This document shows positions 28,441-41,535 of a DNA stretch of 64,000 bases, one piece after another. The position numbers and the translations under genes were made by a program. This DNA is from Azolla caroliniana (Eukaryota > Plantae > Polypodiophyta): contig JBHGNT010000010.1 in the NCBI GenBank assembly GCA_043228905.1, positions 19,902,001 to 19,966,000 of the forward strand, in the 5' to 3' direction. The first letter of the stretch is position 1, and every line of letters begins with the position of its first letter. The notes beneath the pieces were generated by a model. It saw only the letters and a program-made list of their open reading frames with translations, was not told where the DNA came from and did not search any database.

Positions 28441-31400
28441 AAATGTTGAAATTTTCCTTCATTGGAGGAACTCTCAACATGGAGCAATGTATTGAGCACA
28501 ATATGATTGAAACAGTAGGGGGTTTTGCAAAGTGTCTGAGGTTTTTGGAGTCTCACTATTGTTTGGGTTCCTATTGGGATTGAGTTTAAGACTTTTAAGT
28601 GTATGTATATATTTGGTAAAACTAGGGAATCCAACTCAATTGGCTTGTTGGGATTGGCATTTTGATCATCATGAATATTAGAAAATTTCCTTGGGGACAA
28701 GAGATTTTGTCGTGAATGTATTGTGATTTCAGATGTATAATATGAAACCATATTTTATGTTTGTTGTTAAAGTAAAAGACCATTAATTGCAATGGATTAG
28801 TCCTAGTAGGGAATTTGTAGAAGATTAGGGGCCATTATGGTTTTTTTATTTCTAGTCTCCATTCATGTAAGAAGAAATCGATACTTTTAAGTGTAAGATC
28901 TCTTGTGAAAAGAGATCTTACACCTTAAAACTCTTAGGTTGTAAAACTAGTAAGCTATTGAGGTAGTTGACAAATGTTTAAACCATTGTAATGTATGTCT
29001 TGATGCTTCAGGTGTCTAGTCTCCATTCAACTGAGAAGATTGTTACGATGCAAATTTGCACATGTCATCTCTGTTTATTGAGCTCATGGACAACATGCAC
29101 CATAGATGCATTTTCCTCTCACCTACATTTTGCTACTGATTCTGAAAGGTAACTTATATTAAGACATGATGATTGGATAATTTCTCAGGTTTCGTTAAAG
29201 TTTATGTGCCATCACATGATGATAGACATTTGAAAAGTGGAGAGATAGAGAGAGGAATAAGTATTCACAAGTTTGGTAACTTTTTGGTTATTTTGGGGAT
29301 GGATGCAACTCATGATACCTTTTTTTATTATTACCTTGAAATCCTAATAGTACTTGATGAAGCTAGTGGGTTGCCAGTTTGGAAGGGCAATTGTAACCAC
29401 ACATGGATTGGAATTCCGAATATCTCATATTCCAAAATGAAATGTTATTTAAATATAAATGATTGAGAGTAGGGTAAATGGCATTTGGTAGTATGATGGG
29501 TGGACGAACCATTTGCCTTTGCATGCCTTGCATTGGTTTTTGCTTTCAATCTATAGGTGGTCCACAAAGGGACAAATTGATTGCCCATGCCCATGAGGTT
29601 TCTTTTGGAGAAGGTACCAAATCATGACCATGAGTAATACACAAATATGCTCTCGTATTACATAAAGGGCAAAACAATGTAATGGCGAAGAAGCATAGCT
29701 TTACATTCGTGCCATAATGATTAGTTCATAGTAACTTGACAGGAGAGAAATTAATAAAGGATAAAGGTCATACAATGGAGAGAAGGAACGGATCAATAAA
29801 CGATAGAAATCATTACATGCCACATGGTAGACGGGGGCATTAAATGTTCAAAATCATTACTACATGGATATCAAGCGAGAAAACGAAAAGAAGTTTAGTT
29901 TTAAAGAAAATGGACAAATTTTGAAGGGTCTACATCTTGTGGTAGAGATAAGAAAGATCAAAACGCCAAAGAGTGTTTGATTTGAGGCACAAAGAGTGAG
30001 AGAGTGTGTGTGTGAGAAGCATGAGAGGCGGAGGTGAAGTACAGAGAGAATTTGATAAATCATGAAGCATTGACTATGGGAAGTTTTGATACTACCCTAT
30101 AATGAAGCTTTTTTTTTTCACTTTTAAAATGACTATATGTGTGAATGTTCATTGAGTTGCATTTGTTGTTAAGCATCATTGCCAATGGTTTGCGAAATCT
30201 TTTTGGATGTTATGCTTAATGTGAAGGTTGAGCTATTGTACACTTTGGATTGAGAAACTTGAAAGAATTGTTGAATGTTTAGTCTATTCATTTATGATCA
30301 CCAAAGCCATTCAATAGAGAATGGATAGGTAAGAGTCTATTAACATAACATGGCCAAAAAAGTAGATGTGATTGATTCACTTATCATTAACATTGCATTT
30401 CTTGGCCCTTTGGCTATTTTAAAGACAGTAACTACAGTGACATTCATACTGAAATTTAATTAGTTGTTGAGATGGATCTTAGTTAAATGAAGGATCCATG
30501 GCTAGCCATTGGGATAGTCATTTCTTTTGCATCTATTTTGTACTTTGTAGTTGATATGTTTTTAGAAAACTAATGGAAGGATATTTTGTTTTGAAAAAAA
30601 AAAAAACTACAATGACATTTATGAACCTGCATGATTGGGGGAAGGTGGTCTTGAGGAAATGGGCATGTGCCTATTTCAATTTCTTTGAGATTCACAAGCT
30701 TGTTTGATGCTCTTTTATGTTTTACCACATGACTTACTTTTAACATTTACTTAGTTTTAATCACATCCCATGCTCTTATGATTCCTATCAAAAATCTATT
30801 GGATGCAAGATCCCGCCAATATGATAATATGGCATGGTTCCTTAGAGATTGTGAACAAGAGAAGGAAAAAGCTTCTTCACTTATGAAAAACGGTTCCCCT
30901 GTTTACAATGCCAACTCAAGAGCCTCAATGGCACTATTGACTTTCATGGACTCTTTCTTGAATATCAACAAATTCCAACACCTTCTACAAAGTTCGATAT
31001 TTGGTCTTAGAATTATTTTACATCATTGTACATAAAAAGTTGTAGCCTTTTGGGCAAACAAGTTCAAGTTGTATAGGCTTTGGGCGTTTTTTTCTTAATA
31101 AAACATTTACTTAGTTTTCATGGTTTATGGGTGCAAGGATAGATATTCACTTCTCGTCTCCTCTCATGTTTGCCATTGTTTAATTATTCATAACTTGTGT
31201 CCTTACATGTTGACACACATTTGCCCAACCTTTGTAAATTAGACTAGATAGTAAAATTCTAGAAGGTGGTTTGTCTTTAGTGATTAAATGACCAAGTTTC
31301 CAAATGTTGGATCCAATCCACATTTCCAAGCTCATGTTAGATGTCTTCTATCACATTTTCTATCATGTTGATATTTAACCTATGGCACAAGTCAAGAATT

Positions 31401-33951
31401 TGTGAAGATTTATGTTTTGATTAAGAAAGGCATCTACCAAAATTTTGTCCCAATTTGTAGATTGTTCCTTCTTGTAGGTTGCTCTCCAAAAATCTCAATC
31501 ACACCCTACATCAAATGATAATTGGTTAGAGAAAGGCATATTGTTAACAAACATTAATAATCAAGATGGTTATTTGTATTGAGGTCAAATGACTCAAAAA
31601 GGAATGTGTGCCTCAACTTGGTTGCCTTGATAGAGTCAATGGGCTAGATTTTGTTCAACACAAAAGACAATATGTCTCGGTGGTTTGTTCCTTTGTTGGT
31701 CAAAATGTTTTCACACCTGGTCTCAACAATTTGAAAATCATATCCTCATAATCCAAACCAAGTCCAATTGATGTCATTTATCTTCACATGCATTTGAAAT
31801 ATGATCATACCATCACAAGGATGTGTGATATTGAAAATATCAAATGGTTTGACTTCGAATGCACAATATTGAGCATGTAGTAAAAAGCAAAATTTTGTAA
31901 ATTTTCCCCAAAAATTGGTGAATCAACAAGATTGCATCACATGATAGATTATTGACCTTTTGGCCTTCAATTTACATGCTTTATAGTTGGACCTAGTGGA
32001 TTGGATATTCCTTCATAAGGAAAAGGTAACAAGCTATTATCGGTAGTGAAAAAACATATTGTAGCAATACAAAATGACTATGTGAAACTGAGCTTCACAT
32101 GGCTTGTCCAAAGAATATAGATTGAAGGTCATAAAGGATAAAAGCCATCAAAAAGAGAAGGAACATATTGACAAGTGAGATAGATGGAAGGTCATAAAGG
32201 ATGAAAGCCATCATATAGAGAAGGAACAAATTGACAAGCAAGAAAGTAAAATAATTTATCTTCTAAACATGATTATTGTACAATTATTTTGACACATCTC
32301 AGCAAATTGCAAAGGCAATTATTATTCATTGACTATCCATTAATGATTAAAACCCAATGGTAATTTATTCCCATAACATTTGTATGTGAACGTGTTACTT
32401 TTATCGTTTTTGAACGCAATTATTTAGCCATGAAAAATGATTAGGATGTGATATGAACACCTTGTAGGGCGTCGAACTACTTACCAACATGACTAATCGA
32501 TGTAAAAATGAACACTCTAATGAATAACATAAGCTTTGTAATTGAAACACAAATAAATGCTACCCTTTAAAGCACACAAAACCAATACTTGAACCGAATA
32601 TATTATTATTTTTTCCAAAAAGAAACCAATATATTATTAAACTATGCTTTAAAATATATATTAAGAGTAGTATGTGGAGTACTTTTGAAACATTCCTCTA
32701 CAACAATTATCTAAGCTTATGAGCATGAAAAACTACAAAATCATGACACCAAAAGATAAAAATAGAAGTTATTAAACTTGAAAAAGGCCAATGTAAAAAA
32801 AAACAGAAGAGACGAAAATGTTCATCCCAAATCAAACATTGGAAAGCCAAAATCTCACATAGGCAAACTTTCATTCCCCTAAGGCTTTGGAAGTAAAGTA
32901 TTTTTTCACATTAAATAAGGTAGATCGTAAAACAAATTGCTACATGATGAGAGAATCAATTAGATGGCATGAATTTCACACAACAAATGAGTGATGATCT
33001 TCACAAAAGGTGTATACACCACTAGAATCATAACATGAAGTATAGGATGTAATACTCGAACATTGTATACCTCTCCAAATCATACCTCGTTTGTGAGGAA
33101 GGAGGACATCAAATTTATGGGTTTAGCTAATTTATGTATCTTGGTTATTGCATATTGTGGCACGATTCCATCGGTTTGTGTGGTTCAATCCTAACTATTT
33201 TGTATAAATCAAGACTCAAATATAGAGATCATTTTGTCTCAACGCCAATATTGAGCTTCTACGCATCTCATTCTTGCTTGCGTTAACCCAATGTAGTTTT
33301 TATTCTTGATTGTATATGACATATCTTGCTAATTTGTCATGTATTTCTTGCATATTTCATATATTTTCTTTGTTTTCTCATAGTTCCATAATCATTTGAA
33401 CCAAAATAGTTTTACATTGTTCTAGTATGATCTCAATCAAACTTTTTCTTTTTTCATATTTATATTTTTGTTAGTATGAAGGAGGCTATGACAAACAAGG
33501 AAGTCATAACATCCTTGTTGCAATACATTCAACAACTTGCTCCAATTGCCGCTGACTCTAATATGTTCGTCATCATTAGTCGAGATTGATGAGGATGAGA
33601 GGAATTTTGACTCAAAGTTCAACATCTGTATTGCATGTGGTGCATATGACTCCAACACACTATTAGTTGAGATTGAGGAAGAATTTAGACTTGTAGCAGA
33701 TTGGGAAGATGATTCTACTTGCACCATACCTTGGAATCTATGACAAGATTTTCAATGTTGTGGATAAAGTTATAGACTTCCCCTATTACATTGTGTAGCC
33801 ATTGTAAGGGGGGTAGTGTAAGTGTATCATCTCTCTTATTTTCTTTGCAAGATAGTATGTGATTGCTCATCTTTGCTAGATTTTTGCATGATGTAAGAAA
33901 CCATCTACTAACTCCTAGTGCACTACAACTTTGCTGCATGCGTGGCACTAC

Positions 33952-34220
33952 AGAGAAGCACCAAAACTCTCAATACATCAACAACTTTTGTCACACACAA
34001 AATTGTTTTCTTTGTCATTGATTTTTACCTTATATAGAGACCCCCATATAGACATTTCTCATTTTTTTCAACTCATTCAAGTTAAATGGAGAAGCATCAA
34101 AACTCTCAATACATCAACAACTTTTGTCATACACACAAAATTGTTTTCTTTGTCATTGATTTTTACCTTATATAGAGACCCATATATAGACATTTCTCAT
34201 TTTTTTCAACTCATTAAGTT
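33952..34220. repeat. Near-perfect tandem duplication (~137 bp x2)
   Basis: GAGAAGCA.CAAAACTCTCAATACATCAACAACTTTTGTCA...TTTTTTCAACTCATT.AAGTT occurs at ~33952 and ~34089. Confidence 0.9.
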
Positions 34221-35463
34221 CAATGCTAAGGCATTTATCTCATGCTTCTACTTGCCTTCATGATGTTGTCTTCTTGATTCTTAATCTCCAGCTAATACTT
34301 ATAGTATCTTCCTTCTCTTCTCACAGGTGCATGTCACAAGCCTGTACTACTAAGATTTCAATATACTTGACTAACAAAGTAAATCAAGCCACCAACGGGT
34401 CCATTTAGTGTATGAGAGGACACACTCTTTAAATTTTAAAATGATAAGTTACTGTAAGTTATCTCTAACCCTATTGTGCAAAATGTATGCTACCATGAAA
34501 AAATTGCCGAAGTTCCAACTGTCTTAGGTATAGCTATTCCAATATGTCATTATGATAAAGAAATTGAGGGCTTAAATTAAGGGCAATGTACGTATTACTA
34601 CAGATACCACCTGCCTACCCTCCTAAGGCAGAACCGGCACTTGGTGAATGTCAAGTAGAAAACAGGAAGGAACTTTGGTAACGAAACAGGCCCCCCTATT
34701 CACACTTAATTCAGATTAGCTTCCAATCAAATCAATACAAATTTTAGGAAATCGTTTACCATAATATTTAAGAATTAGCATAAAAAGATAGCGTTCAACA
34801 GGAACTGAATTGCATAATCATTAGTCGTCTCATATGGAAATTTTCAGAGCTTTTTTTTTCAAGAATTTGTGTGAACTTTTGACCAGAAAAACTATATCAA
34901 AATTACCAAAGCCTGTACCACCATCGAAAAGAACCCAAATGTGTGTGCAAACATTAAAGAAATTCTGTATCAACAATTACTAAGCCTGTCCTGTATCAAC
35001 ATGATAAAAAGTCAGTATCAACAATAACAAAAGTTTGTATGAACAAATTCCTAGTGAGGGAAATTCTAAACTTGAAGAGACCCACACATGCCTCAACTCT
35101 CATGGATATTTTGAAGATAGCAAACACTTTAATCTTTAACATCTATTACAAAGAATGGAAGAAAATACACCACATCACATCAGCGTAGGATGGTCTTTTA
35201 CCTAGCTGAACCATGTATTAGAAAATGCTTATATTTGCCTTACTTAAGGCTAATAAAACTAATGCTAAGCATTTGCATTGTCTATATTCCATGTATATTT
35301 ACCAAGATGAGGTTCCATCCTCTTCATATAATCTTTGATTTACACTTTGCCAGAAACAGAAACCAGCTAGCTCAACTTGGGATAGTAATATTTACTTACA
35401 AAAACTGCAGAGCATTTGGAACCCCAAACAAAAGTTACCAGGAGATATAGGACGTGGTTAAAT

Positions 35464-38400
35464 TCATCTGTCAATTTCCATCATCTGTTGCACAACAACT
35501 GATGAAAAACAAACCAAATGAGTGTTAATAAAAGAACATAAATGAGAAGAATTATTAAGAGGCACACTGAGAGGTAGAACTCACAAACGAATAACAATCA
35601 AACAGAATCATAATACTAAGCAAAGAATTAATTGTCCTTACTATCCAAGATAACTCGGGTTGTCTTGAACTCCTGCCACCACTCAGGTTCTCCATTGGAA
35701 AACAAGTCTATATTGAGAAACCGTGCCGCAATAAACACAGCTCCAGCAGCAATATGATGAGGTTTAAATTGAAGCCATAGTGAGCTACGAAGCCTGCAAC
35801 CTCACCATTACTTTATTTCATTTCATAAAGGTTTTTAAAGTACATAAAGGGCAAACAAGCCCAGTCATGTAGAAGTTAGAACATGTTTAGTTTCTAAATG
35901 AAGAGGATATCTACTATCAATTGGTTTGCAATCTGCATACATGAACACTTTCGATAATCTGGGTATTGCAGACAGACGGCCCTTAAATTTTTCTTGATGT
36001 GGCATTGTAATCAGTCTTATGGAAAGACAAGAATGCTAGTGGGGATCCAAATAAATATTTACTCTGGACAGGTAACTACTGCACACTCAAACAAACAGTT
36101 ACTTCATAAAGCAAAAGAAAAACTTACAACATGGTACTTACAGCAATGATCCTGTCCAGATGTGCACTGCTATAGCTCCCATAAACTAAACCATTCAGCG
36201 CTTCAGGAGCCCAATGTGTGTGGAGTTACTGACTATCCCTCCCATATATAGTTTTTTTTTACTAACTCGATCAATTCACATAGTATTACAGAAAATTTTA
36301 TTTGATCAGTATAATATAGCCTTGCATTTTGCCTAGCCTGTGTAAAAAAATACAATATAAAGAAAAAATGATGGTTTCCATCAGCAAGTAGACAGCAAAG
36401 AGAGTAATGCGTCTGAATAAGCTGAAGTTCACACCAACTATGAACTCCACTAGTGTCCATTGATCAGCCTTTATTAGGATTGCAAAATAATTTTTTGCAG
36501 GATGTTCTTTTTTATGCTAATGTTTCATAAAGCATATAGCAACTCGACAAAAAGTTAGTATTGCCTTCAAGAATGTGGCTACTAAAAATATGTTCTACAA
36601 GATTGAAGTCCAAGTGACCATAAGCATATCTCCTGAAATAATGAACTTCGCACTAACATGCATAGGCCATCCATGGTAGACATGATGGTATGAGACCATT
36701 GTCGTTGTCCTGGAAAATGAATGTCCCGTTAATAATCTGTATATTCCATCAAATGAATAACAGAATAGAGATCTTTCAAACGTTTTGGAACGCATAATAT
36801 CTAACTATTCAAAAGTTGTCTCAATACCCCTAACACAACACACACTAGGTTCATTGCAATTAAGCTTGAAAAATGACGGTGTTAAGATACCTTCCAAATA
36901 TATAGCTGTCCTTTTCTTTGCAGCCAAGTAAGTGCACCTTGTTATATTGAGCATGGCGCTCACATTTCCTTCTGGATGTAAGAAACGAACTAGAACTTTG
37001 TAAGATGTCCTGATATCTTCACTTGAAATAGCCTACTTCTTGGTATGTTCTTGTCAGCCAAGGGTGATTCAAGCTACGAGTTTTTAAACCAACGGGCTGA
37101 AACAGCCAAGTAGAATAGCATGCCAAACTGCCTCACTGGCTGAACGTGAAGCACACAAGTAGATGTTTTTGATTCATCAACACCATCTTCACTTGTACTT
37201 AAGCGCCCAGCATTACGCCATTACTTGCAGCTTGAGAAGGTTATTCTAATTTCTTCCTTGGTCAGAGCTAGTGGTCCTTGAAAAGAACTCTCCACAACAT
37301 TATTTAATGACTAGAAATTTTTAACCAGAGTGTTGAAAAAAACTAATTGAATTGCATCAAATTCGTGCCTCACTGACTCAATGATTAAGCAGGCAACAGC
37401 ATATTTTGTTTGTTGTCTACATCACCACCATCATTTCTTCAGTGCCAAACCTTGCTCCATTAGTCATTAGTAGTAGCTTAAAAATGTTTTTCCAAGTTCT
37501 TGCAGACTGAGTGTTGTCCTTGAAAGGACTCCCCCACAACGTTATTCAATTCGTAGAATCCAAATTCAACTGCATGACTCATTCGCTCAATATGACATGG
37601 TCAATCACATAAATTATTGTTGATTCATCTACACAGCAATCTTCACTCCTCAAGCATCGAACATTACTCCATTAGTAGCAGTTTGAGAATGTCATTCTCA
37701 TTTCTTCCTGGGACAGATAGTTGTCCTGGAAAAGGCTTTTCCCCCTAAGCATTATTGCATACTAGTACCTTAAAAAGGTTATTCTAATTGATTATTAGCA
37801 CATATAAAGGTCCAGGTAAAGGACCCTCTTCACAATGCATCATCTCAAATAGCCTGAAGTCTAGTTCTCAAACAGCCTGCTCATCTCATTTTGTAGTTTG
37901 TCAGCGGTTATCCAACTGCTCAGGTGCAAATTTCTCTGGATTTGAAATTCGAATGCTATGTACATTTGAGTGATGGATAATCTCTCAGGGTCTCTGAAAT
38001 GCTAAATCAAAATCACAAACTACCTCTGAGTGCAGAAATCTTCTTTCACCTAAGTGCAGTTGGATTAGACCACAAGCATTTGTAATTGCCTCTTCAAAAT
38101 CTTCCTTCACCTAAGTTCAGCTTCAATTAGACAACAAGCATTCATGTTTGCCTCTTGAAAAATCTTCCTTCACCTAAGTTCAGCTTGGATTAAACCACTA
38201 GAACTTTGTTTGCCTCTTGGATTAGACAAGAAGCATTTGAGTTTGACCAATACTCGTAGTGATTACAATACCCATTAAAGCTCTAAACTTTGATCAAGTC
38301 TCTCTCTCTCAACGAAAAAGAAAAAAAACGAGTCACTTGATTTCATGGAATAAAATATCTGCTATCACAACAATAAGATTTTGAATTCCTCCAAAATTCC

Positions 38401-41400
38401 TGCACATTAGGAAGGTTTGAATGAAAATGTACACAGATAACTTGCTTACCCATCATTCACAAGTTTCAAAGTCATTTGAAAAAGTGCACTGTGCAGCAGT
38501 CCATTTTTATTGAAGACTGTCATCAATAATTTGTATGGATGCTCAACTGTGAGCTCAAAGTCCAAAGCAGTTAAAAGTGTTTGTTCGGCATCCAAAATTT
38601 GTTCCTTAAAATGCTCGAACCAATCCTGAGTAAATAAAACAATGCATTCAGAATAATAGACAGATAAAGATCAGTCATAAAGTATAATATCATGAGTTTA
38701 CATTTCGCATCCTGAAGTTGTATTTTGCCAGTGCTTGTCTATGGGACATTTCATACGAGATAAGAACCATGCTGTCCAGTGTCCTTGGAGTTTCTTCTGA
38801 TTTTGCAGCCAAAAACAAACAGCTGGTAGAAATTACCTGTTGAAAAATAAAACATAGTATGTATTTAATTATCAAGTTTAAATTGTACTCCTTTCAAGTG
38901 AAATTCTAAATTATACATTCTAAACATATATACAATTTTAGGAAATTGGAATCAATGTTTACAATTATGAAACAGAATGTGATACATCTCATCACATTGT
39001 GGATGAGAATTTATCACACATGTATGTTGGCATAAAACCAGATGAGCGATACAATGCTTAAAATTTATTCCAATGGAACTTTGGCAGAATTTTTCAACAT
39101 CTTACTTTGTTGAATTTTGCTTCCATTGACATGGAAAAAAACGATTTATCAGACTAATTCTTCTAAAAGTGGATAGTTGCCATAAAACATGCAATTCTGC
39201 AATGCTTATATGCTTGTATCATATTGGAAAAAAGCACATATAGCAAAACATTCCATTGACATGGAATTTTTTTTTGTCATAAACTACAATTCTGTTATGC
39301 TTGTTTCATATTAGAGATACAAATATATACCCTAATATTTCCAAACATATTACAAACAAGACTTGATAATAACATTAAAATCATTCTTTGATTACTTGTG
39401 TAAACACTAAATCAGCATGTTTCTAAGGTTTATTCAGATTGTTATTAATGCCACTTAATCAATGAAATAGCAATATGTTAAATTCGTGCTTTGAGTACTT
39501 CCATAAACATTAAATTAGCATGTTTCTCAAGTCTATTAGAACCGTGATTGAAGCCATGTAATCAACAAACAAACAGATATAACCTGGCATTCAATTACAA
39601 CTTACAACCAATGTTTTTAATCAACCGAATGATTACAATCAACTCACTATTCAATTATGACTAATAGCATTCAATCAACAAAAGAGCATGAGTAACTCGA
39701 CATTCAATTATGACCAATGTAATCAACGATGATCAATGTTATTTAGTCAAATGAAAGAATACCAATCAACTCATCAGTAGGAAAAAGAGGCTCCTGCATG
39801 CATACGCACACACATAAATGCTATGAGAACCAATCAAAAAGAAATGAAGAGGATGAGATATACAAATCTATCATATGCAGCATGTGATCTCCGCAGAAAA
39901 AAACGATGGCAGAGAACCATAGCTGTTGCTATTGTTGATTGAGGCCTGAAAATATTAGAAGAGATGCATTGTTAGATACATGAAGGAGAAAAGTAAGGTT
40001 AAAGAAACTCTACATACAAGATTAGACAAAATCATCATTTTTTACTTGATCAAGAAGTTTTAACTCAATATTCAGAGATTTCTGAGCATTAACAACGTTA
40101 ATTCATTCTCACAGTCAGAAATAGAAGGATAAACATGAGAATTGAATAGACTTGACAGTAGGATGCATATAAAAAGGACAGACAAACATCAATTTCTACA
40201 AGATGAAAGAATCATACAAAAAAAATATGGATTAGTGAGCATTATGCTATTTTATAATCATAAGAAGAAGAAGAAGAAAATAAGATTTAAGAGGTTCAAC
40301 AGGATGATGCATAAAAATGAGAAGACCAAAATCATAAATTTTCTACCTGATCAAAGAATCATTATTTAACATTCAAAATTTCATGGGAATTATGTTAATT
40401 TATTCTCACAATAAAGAAGAAAGAAAACATGAGATCAGAGAGGCTCTAAGGTATGATACATAAGAAAGACAAGACACCATAGAAAATCTCTAGGGGATCA
40501 TGGATTTGTAATTTGACACTCGTATTCATGAAAACTATGTCATTACATTTCTAGTTTCATTCTCGTCAGCATAATTTTATTTCTTCTCGTGAAGGATTAT
40601 AATAAATTGACAGTCAAAAGACATAATTTCGTACCAATAATTGATCGTTAATAGGCACACATAGAGTCCTAAGCAGCACATTCTTTATTTTCCCATTCAA
40701 AGAATGGAGACGGATAAAATATATGATAAGAGTTTCAGAATTCTACGGTAGGACACATGAAAACATAGAGCCAGAGAAAATTAAGCATTTTTCTGCCAGA
40801 CCACTAAAACACATAGAATTCAAGAAAAGAGAAACAGAACGAGAAACAGATAAAACTCACAGTATTCTATCCGATCATTGAGTTGTATTTAAACATTCAA
40901 TGATTATGTTTTTGCATTCTCATGCAACACTAAATTGTTCCAATTCTACACATTCAGATTTTCAGAACATATACAGATGAGATGAAGTAACTCACAGTTT
41001 CATCCTCATGCCGAGGTTCTGGATAAACGAACAGTAAGACTGGCGAAGAAAACTTTCTTCTACTGCGTCAATACCATCTCTTCTAGAAGGAGAAGACTTT
41101 TCAATCTCTTCACGGGAGAAGTAACTATCTGAAGATGATGGTGAAGACGACGGAACGGAAGAGTAGAAATTGTTACTGGTACAAGAAGAAGTTGATGACG
41201 ACGAAGCAGATGATCCGGGATCTTCTGTTCTAACGATGGATCCGAACAAAGGAAGAGCCACTGTAGATACATCTGCAAGATCTTTGTGATTTGCAAGAAG
41301 AAAGTGTTGTTTGGGAGGATGATGATGATAGTGATGGTGATGATGGTAATGGTAATGCGGCTGCTGAGAAAAGTAAGGATTGTGGAGATAAGGAGGAGGA

Positions 41401-41447
41401 AAAGGAGGCAGTGGTGCACGGGACGGTAAGATCTCTCTTGTAGCCAT
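35464..41447 (-). CDS. CYCT1: Cyclin T1-like protein (P-TEFb/CDKC cyclin), ~343 aa
   Basis: Exons 41447-40996, 39945-39864, 38836-38702, 38625-38450, 35793-35642 and 35498-35464 splice in frame (1032 nt, all GT-AG). Cyclin T motifs: [90 protein letters not shown]. Confidence 0.9.
37165..37770. repeat. Three diverged ~210-245-bp-period repeats in cyclin T intron 4
   Basis: Ordered blocks CCATTA...GCAG.TTGAGAA...GTCCT.GAAA...CATTATT...TAG repeat at ~37165-37316, ~37405-37558 and ~37615-37768. Confidence 0.65.
38037..38245. repeat. ~62-bp minisatellite (~3.5 units) in cyclin T intron 4
   Basis: Unit AATCTTCCTTCACCTAAGTTCAGCTT..ATTAGAC.ACAAGCATT...TTGCCTCTT repeated. Confidence 0.85.
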
Positions 41448-41451
41448 GGCG

Positions 41452-41535
41452 TGGCGATGGCGATGGCGATGGCGATGGCGATGGCGATGGCGATGGCGAC
41501 GGCGATGGCGATGGCGATGGCGACGGCGATGGCGA
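41452..41535 (-). repeat. (TCGCCA)14 hexamer repeat just upstream of the cyclin T start codon
   Basis: TGGCGA x14 on the + strand (two units read CGGCGA), ending 4 nt from the ATG at 41447. Confidence 0.95.

Noticed and set aside
36900-37300. Cyclin-like words (LTKEEI...DGVD, CTYLAAK) as a duplicated cyclin exon in intron 4
   Set aside because: The matches are short, spacing is inconsistent and there is no nucleotide similarity to the real exons. The same stretch fits a J-domain at least as well.
38037-38245. Regularly spaced repeats as a CRISPR-like array
   Set aside because: The units are homologous along their whole length with no unique spacers, lie in a plant intron, and have no cas genes nearby.
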